Of a stretch of DNA of 32,000 bases, positions 16,269-24,842 are shown in pieces. The notes under the pieces were generated by a model, which saw nothing but the letters and a program-made list of their open reading frames with translations, did not search any database and was not told where the DNA came from. The number at the start of each line of letters is the position of its first letter. Position 1 is the first letter of the stretch. The DNA comes from Opitutales bacterium (lineage in GTDB: Bacteria; Verrucomicrobiota; Verrucomicrobiia; Opitutales; PNEW01): assembly GCA_965219535.1 (NCBI GenBank), contig CBDCNV010000001.1, positions 210,001 through 242,000 of the forward strand, in the 5' to 3' direction. The translations under genes and the position numbers were made by a program.

Positions 16269-16379
16269 CTCTTATTTTTTCATTAAATTTTGGGATTTAG
16301 TAACTTGAGTTAGTAAAATCAGAGCATCTCGAAGTAGTTCAAGGATCAAGGTGAAGTTAAGTTGGTAGAGGAAGTCAAG

Positions 16380-16503
16380 GCTCGGGCTGCATTCGGGCTA
16401 CGCCCTCATTGCGCCAAGATCTCTCATATACATCACTCCTTAAACCATTAACACCCCGTAACTCTCTCTCTTAATAATTGATTCGAATAACGGGGTCCAA
16501 TCA
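16380..16503 (+). mobile_element. solo right-end fragment (last ~124 bp) of the IS3-family element
   Basis: Aligns with 19640-19762 and with the reverse complement of 24843-24965 (..ttcgggctacgc.ctca.t..gccaaga.ctctc.tat.catcactcct.aaaccattaacacccc.gtaactctctc..ttaa.aatt...cgg.gtcc.atca). It ends 11 bp before the TonB-receptor stop codon. Confidence 0.8.
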
Positions 16504-16514
16504 GGTTATTTAGG

Positions 16515-18581
16515 TCAAAAACTTAAACGTATACCGGTAGTAATATTCCACCCCGGCAGCGGAGCAACATCTTTCAAAACTGAGGAGTGTACGCGGCCTT
16601 CTGCATCTGTTAAATTTTTGCCGATGACGAAGACTTCCCATTCGACACTTCTGAATTGCAAGCGGTAGGCAAAGTCGGCATTGAGGAAAGTGTAACTGTC
16701 GGTGAGAAATTCTCCGGGTGCCACACGGTCCTGCTCTCCGTGGTGGCTAACGGCAATACCTGCTGTCCAGGTTGGCGTTTCCTGCTCCAGTCGCGTGCCG
16801 AAACGCCAAGGCGGTATACGCGGAAGCGGAGTATCAATAGACTCATTCGTCGCGCGCACAAAATCAGAGGTCATGATGAGGTGAAGGCGTTTGCTTTCGG
16901 TATCGATAAAGTGGATTGTCGCTTCCGCTTCCAGACCGTAAAACGTGGCTTCGCTTTCCGTGTATTCGAATATCCCGAAACCTTCTGCCTCTAGCTCTCC
17001 GAAGCGGGTTTCTGCTTCCTCAAGTTCGAGTTCGTTTAGAAAGATGAAGTTGTCGAAAGCGTTGTAATAAAAATTGACTGATCCAGTTATATATCCCGTC
17101 ATTTTCCTTAGAGAGAGATCAAGACCAAATGCTTCCTCAAGGTTCAACGTCGTATTCCCTATCTCAAAGGACTGTGTCGCGATGTGGGATCCAAAAGCCA
17201 GCAATTCCGTGGCGCTCGGGGCGCGTTTGGAGGAGGTGATTGAGGACGCCACAGCCCATTCGTCGGCGGGATTATAAACCAGTCCAGTTGAAACGTTAAG
17301 AGTGGATTCATCGCCCTTACGAAAAACAGTCTCGCCAGGGTCGATTTCCTGATTCTCATAGCGAAAACCGAACTCCCAGGATCCCCAGTCAAACTCCGCA
17401 CGCTCAACAATGAATAGTGCCCAATTCAAAGTCTCATTTGAGGGGATGAAAGCCTCATCACCGAAGGCAGCGAAGTCATCATGCTTGAAGTTAAATCCTA
17501 GAACACCATTAAATCCCACCATGGGCTGGTGCACTGCGAGAATACGCGCTTCGATTCCATCTCGATCAAACTGGGTGCCGACTGTGTCGCCTTCCAGCTC
17601 GGTATGCATGTAATCCACTACCCCGAGACGAAATTCAGTGCTTTCCAAAAATAGTACCGGTTCACGGACTTCAGCTCTCAAATCAAAACGATATTGCTCG
17701 AGGTCGATGGAAACCAATTCCTCTTCTTCATGTCCATGGCTTCCGGGCACACCATACAGGCTGTTATAGGTGGAGACCGAGGCGCCGAAGGTTCCTTTGT
17801 CCCAAAACCAGGCAAAACCCGCAGTTCCGCTCTCAGTTTCAACTGCGCTGTTTTCCAGCACACCAGAAACTTCATCTTCTACTTCCCTTTCATCTTCTTC
17901 CACCGCGCGAAACCGGGCCGACTCGGCAATACCGGGTATCTCCACATCTTCAGACTCTCGGATAGCGCCGCCGACATGCCAGGCGAAATTGCCTGTCGCT
18001 CCTTCAATCGAAACAACGCCACTGACCTCATCCGCTGCCGTACCATAGCGGAATTCTCCATTCCCACTTAAGGGTGCTTCGGGCTTCTCACGGGGAATAT
18101 CCTTACCTATCACATTGACGATTCCCCCGATGGCCGAATTTCCGTAAAGCAAAGTCGCTGCTCCGCGTACGATTTCCACCCGTTCGGTCAATAGGGGTTC
18201 AATACCCACAGCGTGGTCGGGACTGGCGTTGGAGACGTCGAAACTGTCGATATCACTGGTCAATACGCGCACGCGTTCGCCATCGAAACCGCGGATGATG
18301 GGTCGACTCGCACCCGGCCCAAAGTAACTCGAATTGATCCCTGGCTGGTTGCTTAATGTCTCTCCCAGGGTAGACTGAGCACTACGCTTTAGGGTACTTT
18401 TATCAAGGACGGTTGCCGGAAGGGCTATATCTTTTATATCATCTACGAGTGGACCTGCTGAAACGATATACTGTTTGAGTTCAACGACTCTTTCATCGCT
18501 GTCTTCAGCTTGAACGTGAAGCTGAGAAATTACTAAGGCAGGTATTAAACCTGTGAGTATAACTCTTTTTAGCACGTTCAT
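16515..18581 (-). CDS. TonB-dependent outer-membrane receptor
   Basis: 688-aa ORF with signal peptide MNVLKRVILTGLIPALVISQLHVQA. Plug-domain blocks are present (RPIIRGFDGERVRVLTSDID, VEIVRGAATLLYGNSAIGGIVNV), followed by a long beta-barrel region ending in the aromatic terminal residue (..GIRLSF). An acidic, His-containing loop reads VPGSHGHEEEE. Confidence 0.9.
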   Translation of the reverse strand: MNVLKRVILTGLIPALVISQLHVQAEDSDERVVELKQYIVSAGPLVDDIKDIALPATVLDKSTLKRSAQSTLGETLSNQPGINSSYFGPGASRPIIRGFDGERVRVLTSDIDSFDVSNASPDHAVGIEPLLTERVEIVRGAATLLYGNSAIGGIVNVIGKDIPREKPEAPLSGNGEFRYGTAADEVSGVVSIEGATGNFAWHVGGAIRESEDVEIPGIAESARFRAVEEDEREVEDEVSGVLENSAVETESGTAGFAWFWDKGTFGASVSTYNSLYGVPGSHGHEEEELVSIDLEQYRFDLRAEVREPVLFLESTEFRLGVVDYMHTELEGDTVGTQFDRDGIEARILAVHQPMVGFNGVLGFNFKHDDFAAFGDEAFIPSNETLNWALFIVERAEFDWGSWEFGFRYENQEIDPGETVFRKGDESTLNVSTGLVYNPADEWAVASSITSSKRAPSATELLAFGSHIATQSFEIGNTTLNLEEAFGLDLSLRKMTGYITGSVNFYYNAFDNFIFLNELELEEAETRFGELEAEGFGIFEYTESEATFYGLEAEATIHFIDTESKRLHLIMTSDFVRATNESIDTPLPRIPPWRFGTRLEQETPTWTAGIAVSHHGEQDRVAPGEFLTDSYTFLNADFAYRLQFRSVEWEVFVIGKNLTDAEGRVHSSVLKDVAPLPGWNITTGIRLSF

Positions 18582-18650
18582 AGGAAAAAATTAACCCTCT
18601 AAATCGTTCTTGAGAATCGAAGCAAGCTATGTATGTAAAGTAAACCTGAT

Positions 18651-18669
18651 AATGCAAGTTATTTGCATT
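18651..18669. promoter_or_regulatory. candidate Fur-family operator (palindrome AATGCAA-N5-TTGCATT) upstream of the TonB-dependent receptor
   Basis: tgatAATGCAAgttatTTGCATTag lies 70-88 bp upstream of the receptor start (18581, minus strand). The arms are a perfect 7-bp match. The GATAATG half resembles the Fur-box core GATAATGATAATCATTATC. Confidence 0.3.
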
Positions 18670-18691
18670 AGTGTACTTGTCGTTAAACAAC

Positions 18692-19093
18692 ATTCTCACC
18701 ATTGTCGATCAATACACTCGAGCTTGCCCACTGCTTCTGGCCGATACGTCCATCGGTGGGCACAAAGTCGCTGCAGCACTTATGAAAGCCGCTGCAGGAA
18801 TCGGTCTTCCCCAAACCATTACCGTCGATAATGGGCCCGAGTTTATCGGCAAAGTACTGGATCAGTGAGCTTATGGCCACGGCATCGAGCTGGATTTTAT
18901 TCGCCCAGGCAATCCCGTAGAGAATGGTTATATTGAGAGCTTCAATGGACGCTTACGCGATGAACTTCTTAACACGGCGCTATTTTATACGCTGGCTGAA
19001 GCGAAAGAAAAACTTGAAGCTTGGCGACTTGATTATAATACTCAAGGATCACACAGCTCTCTGAGCTATCGGCCTCCAGCCGAATACGCATAG
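18692..19093 (+). pseudogene. 5'-truncated orfB of a second IS3-family element; its terminal region runs on to about 19228
   Basis: [123 protein letters not shown]. The rve DDE blocks (DNGpEF, PG.P.[15 protein letters not shown], W..dYN) are present. There is an in-frame TGA where Trp is expected (18866-18868). No orfA or N-terminal orfB is present. Confidence 0.8.
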
Positions 19094-19228
19094 AGAGCCA
19101 TTTCTTAGCAAATCAAAACTCTTACCACTCTGCCGGAACTAACACTGACTCTGATACAGTAACCGAAAGCAGGTCATATCCCGATAACCTCTCTCTTTAA
19201 ATGATTCGATTTTTGGGGGTTACCCCCG

Positions 19229-19428
19229 TTAAATCCACTCGAAAATTCTTGGCCGATTCCTGGTCGAATATCATCAAAAAATATGATTCCTGCCCATTCC
19301 TGCCAAACATTTTGAGGCAAGGTCAGGAAATTAGAGGAAAATATAAATTACTATTGGATCGTTATTTAAGTGTAAATAATTGTTAATAAGTAGCTTATAA
19401 ATCATTATTGAGTCCCGTTCATAGTCGG
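19229..19428 (+). repeat. copy 1 of repeat R
   Basis: 200 bp. Contains gATTCCTGG (19255-19263), ATTCCTGCC twice (19286-19294 and 19296-19304) and the inverted GGTCAGGAAAT (19321-19331). It ends ..gagtcccgttcatagtcgg. Confidence 0.85.
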
Positions 19429-19762
19429 TTACATCGAATCGTTTCACAACCGCTTACGCGATGTACCGAGGAACGTAGTGACGACATAGCGAAGCGCTCA
19501 ATGTTTGGACCGTGAAGTGTTGCTTAGCGTGGCTGAAGCACAAGTGGTAAACGAGCAATGGCGTCGCAACTACAACCAAAAACGTCCCCACAGTTGATTA
19601 GGCTTTAAAAACCCGCAAGAGTTTGTCAGATTCCTTTCCGCTCTTGGCCGCGTTCGGGCTACGCTCTCACTTTGCCAAGATCTCTCCTATCCATCACTCC
19701 TAAAACCATTAACACCCGGTAACTCTCTCTTAATAATTGGTACGAAAAACGGAGTCCGATCA
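19429..19762 (+). mobile_element. 3' fragment of the IS3-family element (orfB tail plus right end), + orientation
   Basis: Colinear with the reverse complement of 24843-25165 (..IESFHNRLRD.., the 36-nt insert, ..WRRNYNQKRPHS*LG.., terminal ..cggagtccgatca). Roughly 90% identity by eye. Confidence 0.85.
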
Positions 19763-19867
19763 ATTTTCTGATCCGTTCCAAGTATGGATATATGAATCCG
19801 GCTTGTCCGCCCCATACAGATTCCCTGTAGATTGATCATATATTCGGCCATGATGATCAACACCCAA

Positions 19868-20632
19868 TCATTTTCTCAAGAATGGTAATTTGCATTCGAA
19901 AGCGACTGTCCCATCTTCTATGCTCGGTGTAGTGTGATCGTATGCTTTTAATGATTTAATTTTTTTAAAACCATTAGCTTTAAGAATGTCTTTAAATTCT
20001 TCGAGGTAATATAAACGTGTGACTAAATCCATGCACTCGGTTTCAACAATTTTATTCCCAGTCAATAATTCATACCGGAGATGAAAAATCGCCAATCTTT
20101 TTTCTGTATCATAGCTCGTTTTAACATTTTCGACTATGATGTCCCCATTTTTTCTTTTTCTTCTCTTAGATTCGGTCCATTCAACAGAGTTATCGGGTTT
20201 AATTGAAGGGGTCTCGATTTCCAGGACAAGGGTGCCACCCGGCAAAAGATGGTCTTTCAGATTTTTTAAACTTTTTGCTACAGCATCGTCACAGATTATT
20301 AACCCATACGAACCCGATGGGATAAGAATCAGAGAATACTTCCTGCCAGCATCAAAATTTTCTAAATTCGCGTTCCATAAATTTGCATTAAGTTGCTTAG
20401 TCTCACACTTTCTTTTACAGGTTTCTAACATATATACAGAGTTGTCGAATCCATCTATGGAAAAACCTCTCTCCGATAGCGGAATCAGAAATCGGCCCGT
20501 GCCACACATCGGTGCTAACACGGGTCCTTTAGCTTTTTCTGCGTAGTAAATATAAAAAGATAAAGCATCCTCCGGAGCACTTGGTTTATCGAGATCATAC
20601 ATCTCGGTACATAACATTCTATATTCGTTCAT
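19868..20632 (-). CDS. class I SAM-dependent methyltransferase
   Basis: 254-aa ORF with ATG start. VLAPMCGTGRFLIPL is motif I (the glycine-rich SAM loop). YSLILIPSGSYG and LLPGGTLVLE are the usual post-I, motif II and motif III blocks. Confidence 0.8.
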   Translation of the reverse strand: MNEYRMLCTEMYDLDKPSAPEDALSFYIYYAEKAKGPVLAPMCGTGRFLIPLSERGFSIDGFDNSVYMLETCKRKCETKQLNANLWNANLENFDAGRKYSLILIPSGSYGLIICDDAVAKSLKNLKDHLLPGGTLVLEIETPSIKPDNSVEWTESKRRKRKNGDIIVENVKTSYDTEKRLAIFHLRYELLTGNKIVETECMDLVTRLYYLEEFKDILKANGFKKIKSLKAYDHTTPSIEDGTVAFECKLPFLRK

Positions 20633-20691
20633 CTGAATATGTAACGGTTAAATGAATGTACTATAATACCGACTGTATCGAATTTTTATCA

Positions 20692-21507
20692 TCAGCTGAG
20701 AGAAGGTTTATATGCTTCAAAATAGAAACGATGGCTCTGAACCTCAAGGCATCCATTTTCCTGGATATGCTGATGAATTTTAATTAATCCGTCGTGGTAT
20801 TTATCTATAGAAAAATCGGGAAACTGGTAGGTAGTCATCCTAATGTAAAATACAATGGCACCAACATCGAGAAATTGTGTTTTTGAAAACGCCTCCCTTT
20901 TTTCACCTATTTTAAACCCTGCATTTTCAACCTCCTTTAAAACGAAGTCTAAATCCCAATGTTCGAAGTTTTTAGTCGGGATATCCTGTAAGAGCTCGTT
21001 TAACCTGAAATTATTTGATCCGCCTACCTGCTGAGTAATGAACTGGCCGTCATCTTTCAGAATGCGATAAACTTCGTCGGATGAATGGGCTTCATGACGA
21101 TTGATGACTAAGTCAAAGAGCTTGTCATCAAAAGGTAAGGTGAGATCCTCTGATACCTCGACGACCTGAATACCCAGTGACTCCAGTCTTTTACGGGCGA
21201 CAGAGATATTGGGAGGGTAGCCCTCTGTGGCAAACGTATTCTCGGGTAAGCCACTGAATGATGACAAAAGCTCACCACCGCCCGTTCCCATGTCCAGTAA
21301 AGTTATGTCAGGCTTAAATCTGCTGGATACAATCTCCCGGTAATTCCAGCTGATATCTTCCACCAGGGATCTTTCTTCTATATAGGAAAAGTCCCAGCCG
21401 GAAATTTTGTGATTCAGCGCTTCGGAAACTAATGAATCGAAAGACACACCATTGAACGGGTTTAAGTGAGACTTATATATCTTTTTTAGCCAGTGGAAAG
21501 CTTTCAA
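20692..21507 (-). CDS. class I SAM-dependent methyltransferase
   Basis: 271-aa ORF. TLLDMGTGGGELL is motif I, FDLVINRHEAH and LKDDGQFITQQVG are later motifs. The ORF opens at TTG 21507 and overlaps the upstream gene by 35 nt. GTG 21447 is an alternative start. Confidence 0.75.
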   Translation of the reverse strand: MKAFHWLKKIYKSHLNPFNGVSFDSLVSEALNHKISGWDFSYIEERSLVEDISWNYREIVSSRFKPDITLLDMGTGGGELLSSFSGLPENTFATEGYPPNISVARKRLESLGIQVVEVSEDLTLPFDDKLFDLVINRHEAHSSDEVYRILKDDGQFITQQVGGSNNFRLNELLQDIPTKNFEHWDLDFVLKEVENAGFKIGEKREAFSKTQFLDVGAIVFYIRMTTYQFPDFSIDKYHDGLIKIHQHIQENGCLEVQSHRFYFEAYKPSLS

Positions 21508-22057
21508 TTAATTTCCATTCACCTCCATACGCCTTTCCTTGTCTTCCCACCAGTTCTACGGACTTCGCCAAGAAACCGTCACCGAAAGCTGATTTTGCTG
21601 TTTGCTCTTTAGATTTCTCGAGACCTTCGGTGGTTGATTCATAAACGAAAGTCATATGTGCGTGATAAGGATCATCTTGATAAGCTGCGATTCCCAATGG
21701 TGAAACTGCCTCGACCAATGCGTCATGGAACTCTTGCATCTTAGGAGTTACCGGTATCGATAATCCTCCACCTTTACTGCCCCAGTTCAATCTGGATCCC
21801 TTTAAACCTACATAAAAAGATTTTGTGGTACTGGTTATTGAGCGTATGGTTTGTTTCAAGTTATCCAAACTCTCAATTCCGTAAAAGGTACCTTTGATAG
21901 TGATATGCGCAGGTATATGCGCGATAGTCATTCCTGAATCACGCTTAATGGCATTAACCTTAGCTATGGTGTCTTCTGGAGCGATTAATACCAGCGAATA
22001 GCAGGAATATCCGAAACGATCGTCGGGTTGGTTATGGGCGGGTTTTATTTCAGGCAT
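21473..22057 (-). CDS. 2H phosphoesterase superfamily protein (LigT / 2'-5' RNA ligase-like)
   Basis: Two H-x-T/S-x motifs at the expected spacing (HITIKG and HMTFVY). ATG at 22057; the ORF track opens further upstream at a non-ATG codon (22096). Confidence 0.7.
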   Translation of the reverse strand: MPEIKPAHNQPDDRFGYSCYSLVLIAPEDTIAKVNAIKRDSGMTIAHIPAHITIKGTFYGIESLDNLKQTIRSITSTTKSFYVGLKGSRLNWGSKGGGLSIPVTPKMQEFHDALVEAVSPLGIAAYQDDPYHAHMTFVYESTTEGLEKSKEQTAKSAFGDGFLAKSVELVGRQGKAYGGEWKLIESFPLAKKDI

Positions 22058-22166
22058 TAGCAATTTTACCCCGAATGGAAGCTTCAGTGGTAGCAAAAAA
22101 TAACAACGAGGAGATCGTCATTTTTCTTCTGTTGTTGAATTTTGAGTTAACCAGTAAGTCGCTGCC

Positions 22167-22655
22167 TCACACGTCTGGTTCAGTTTTGATCCTTAGAAAA
22201 TCAAATGGTTCATGAGCAATAAATCTCTCAGAAATCCATTGGCACGTTTCAGCCTGGTGGTTAAAACTCACATAATTGGAAACATCAGTGTATGGAACCC
22301 ACTTGAATTCGCGATGTTCGGATGAGAGGACTACGGGCTGCTCAGAATCTATAAATCCTACAAAGATGGGAGCTATGTTGATGCAGTTTTGGCTCACTTC
22401 ATAAAAACTCTCAAGCCTATCAGCGGAGTAGAACCTATCAGGACTAATTCCTGTCTCCTCATGGATTTCTCGCAATGCAGCTTGCCAAGCTGTCTCTCCT
22501 TTTTCGATCTTTCCAGAGATTATCTGCCAGGTGTCGCCAAGGTAACCGGTGTTTCGCCTTATCAGGAGCACGTCCATACCGCTATCCGTGCCCCGGCATA
22601 CATAAGCAGCGATGGAAAAACATTTGATAGGGGCTTCTTCTCGAGAGGGAATCAT
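22167..22655 (-). CDS. NUDIX hydrolase
   Basis: 162-aa ORF with ATG start. GKIEKGETAWQAALREIHEETGI fits the Nudix box GX5EX7REUXEEXGU. Confidence 0.85.
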   Translation of the reverse strand: MIPSREEAPIKCFSIAAYVCRGTDSGMDVLLIRRNTGYLGDTWQIISGKIEKGETAWQAALREIHEETGISPDRFYSADRLESFYEVSQNCINIAPIFVGFIDSEQPVVLSSEHREFKWVPYTDVSNYVSFNHQAETCQWISERFIAHEPFDFLRIKTEPDV

Positions 22656-22800
22656 ATTTAATAGTCGAATATATGGTTACCGACTCACCTGCACAATACG
22701 AGATTGAATCGTGATCACGCGCAATAATGCTGGATCAATTCTTGAGATGGGATCTCCTTAAATTATCTGTCAAATCGATCACTCAAACACCAGGAATAAT

Positions 22801-23073
22801 ATGAAAAAAATAACCGTTCTTCTCTTAATACTCGCCAGCGCATTCGTTTTTACGGCCGCCAATAAAAATGTAAAGAGAGTACACAATATGCCTTCAGGAG
22901 TACCGTATGACAGCTGGTTCCCCATTGGGGCAAATCATGGGATCGCGGTTGTAGGATATGAAAAGAATAAAGGACAAAATTTAGATTATGCAAAAGGGAT
23001 ATACTTTGTGAGGAAACTTGATAAATGGTATCCAGTATATTTTGAAATTGGACCACCTATTCACTCAAAGTAG
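22801..23073 (+). CDS. small secreted hypothetical protein
   Basis: 90-aa ORF with N-terminal signal-like segment MKKITVLLLILASAFVFTAA. No family recognised. Confidence 0.45.
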   Translation: MKKITVLLLILASAFVFTAANKNVKRVHNMPSGVPYDSWFPIGANHGIAVVGYEKNKGQNLDYAKGIYFVRKLDKWYPVYFEIGPPIHSK

Positions 23074-23087
23074 CCTGAATAAATATA

Positions 23088-23813
23088 CTATCCTATAAAT
23101 GAGCGAATAAGAACGGCAATTGCGGCGGCGCTGGAAAGCAGTAAAACCAGGGGCCGGACTGACTGTCGGTCAACTATGGATGCCGTTCTAATCGATATTA
23201 CATATCCCAGAAGCACTCCAGGGACCAGGGTTATTGATAGTAGAAGTTCCGTAATTCCCAAACGCCCGATAAAATAAAGTGCACTCAGGGAGATGGTAAT
23301 ACCCACGATGAAGACACCCGAGAGAGTACTGCGCAGTCGCGCTCCCGGTTCATCCTGATAAACCAAGGCCAGGGGGGGAGCTCCCATCGCCGAAGTAGTG
23401 CCCATGAAACCTGATAGGGTTCCTGCTAAGAGGACATTCGGTGTCGTAGCGCGTATATGGAAACCGAGTGCGCTGATTATTACTGCCAACAGGACGAGCA
23501 CTGCGAATAAAATCGTGAATTTCTCTTGAGAAATCACTGCAATCACGGAAACCGCGATTACCGTGCCAACTACTCTTCCGGCCAATACCCAGCGGAGCCC
23601 CAATATGTCTAGTGATCGTCTATCCCGGATGGTAATGAGAATAACCAGCGCTAACGTGTTTATTAGGACGGGCCCGGGGACCAATAGCGGATCTATAATA
23701 ATGAGAAATGGTGCAGCAATCAAGGGAAAGCCTAACCCCACTGATCCTTGAACCGCAGCTCCGATGGCCACCACGACAAAAACCAAAAGCAATTCAGTGA
23801 GACCTAAAGTCAT
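23088..23813 (-). CDS. TauE/SafE (TSUP) family anion permease
   Basis: Polytopic membrane protein. The N-terminal block VVVAIGAAVQGSVGLGFPLIAAPFL matches the TauE/SafE signature (G..vqG.tGfGfgli..P). ATG at 23813; the ORF track opens at TTG 23834. Confidence 0.75.
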   Translation of the reverse strand: MTLGLTELLLVFVVVAIGAAVQGSVGLGFPLIAAPFLIIIDPLLVPGPVLINTLALVILITIRDRRSLDILGLRWVLAGRVVGTVIAVSVIAVISQEKFTILFAVLVLLAVIISALGFHIRATTPNVLLAGTLSGFMGTTSAMGAPPLALVYQDEPGARLRSTLSGVFIVGITISLSALYFIGRLGITELLLSITLVPGVLLGYVISIRTASIVDRQSVRPLVLLLSSAAAIAVLIRSFIG

Positions 23814-23891
23814 TAGTAATTTGTTTCTTGCCAACCTTCTGTGGAACGAGTTGCAAGATTCTCACATTTTAAAAAACTGATTGTTTTGCTC

Positions 23892-24704
23892 CTAAATTGA
23901 ATCTTCACCATGTAGCCATCGAAGCCCACCGGGCCATCCTTGACTGCTCATCCCAAGGATTGGTCGGGTATATTCATTAATACCACTCGACGTGTAGTCA
24001 TAATCGTTACTTTTCCAGACAAAGTAATTGACAATGGCCGCACCTGAAAATTGATTCACCTTGGTGTAATAAGCTGAGGGACTTTGGTGCAACTCAGTCA
24101 AGGAAGGTTGATTCATGAGATCCCACGTTGATGCCGGTGTTCCATCAGGATACCTGTAGACTTCCGCCGTCGAGGAGTCCACTGCACCCCATTTTCTATT
24201 ACGATACGCTTCGATAATTACATGGCCGCTGTATGCTTGATCGGTATTATACAAGTTCATTATTCGGCTCGCAATGCCAGCAACCTGGCAAAGGAAACAG
24301 GCAACCCTCGCAATATCGGTACACCAATCTGAACCACGGTGAATGATTTCTTCTTCACTGCCGCCAAATAGCATGGTTTCCAAAGTCTGGCCAGTAGTTT
24401 TATCCGCTAACCTTGCAGTGAACTGAACGATTCTTTCGATACGCTCGTCGTAGAATTGGCAATCAGCTGTTATCTGTTCAGTGCAGTCTTCTAATTCCAC
24501 TCGAGTCCCCTTTTTATACCTGATGTCAGCAGGTGTGTAGTCGGTATACAGATAAGTTGCCGTTTCAGAACACAACCGAATCATTTGCTCAGTCAATACC
24601 CTGTCTACTGACCCCGGTGCATGGGTATCATTGTCTAGCATCTTTTGATAGGCTGGTCCGAATTGCGCACTACCCATAAATCTGGAATTATCAACTTTCA
24701 TCAC
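23892..24704 (-). CDS. transglutaminase-like cysteine peptidase superfamily protein
   Basis: GSDWCTDIARVACFLCQVAGIASRIM ... SGHVIIEAYRNRKWGAVDSS gives the Cys / His / Asp arrangement of the transglutaminase core. GTG 24704 or ATG 24701 as start. Confidence 0.7.
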   Translation of the reverse strand: MMKVDNSRFMGSAQFGPAYQKMLDNDTHAPGSVDRVLTEQMIRLCSETATYLYTDYTPADIRYKKGTRVELEDCTEQITADCQFYDERIERIVQFTARLADKTTGQTLETMLFGGSEEEIIHRGSDWCTDIARVACFLCQVAGIASRIMNLYNTDQAYSGHVIIEAYRNRKWGAVDSSTAEVYRYPDGTPASTWDLMNQPSLTELHQSPSAYYTKVNQFSGAAIVNYFVWKSNDYDYTSSGINEYTRPILGMSSQGWPGGLRWLHGEDSI

Positions 24705-24842
24705 TCTTCGGCTTTCGAGAATACTAATGTCTGGGATAGACTGTTACGGGAAGACCCTTTTACTTATTGTTTCGTGCTACTAATTGTTTAGCAGTTTTAT
24801 AAGGGTGGGGGGTTACCTTTCACATTTTTGGATTCATAATTC

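Noticed and set aside
16610-18071. Eight ORFs of 60-125 aa, antisense or in alternative frames, inside the TonB-dependent receptor gene
   Set aside because: All are nested in a 688-aa ORF with strong family motifs. Their sequences are low-complexity (Arg, Pro and Ser rich), typical of shadow ORFs.
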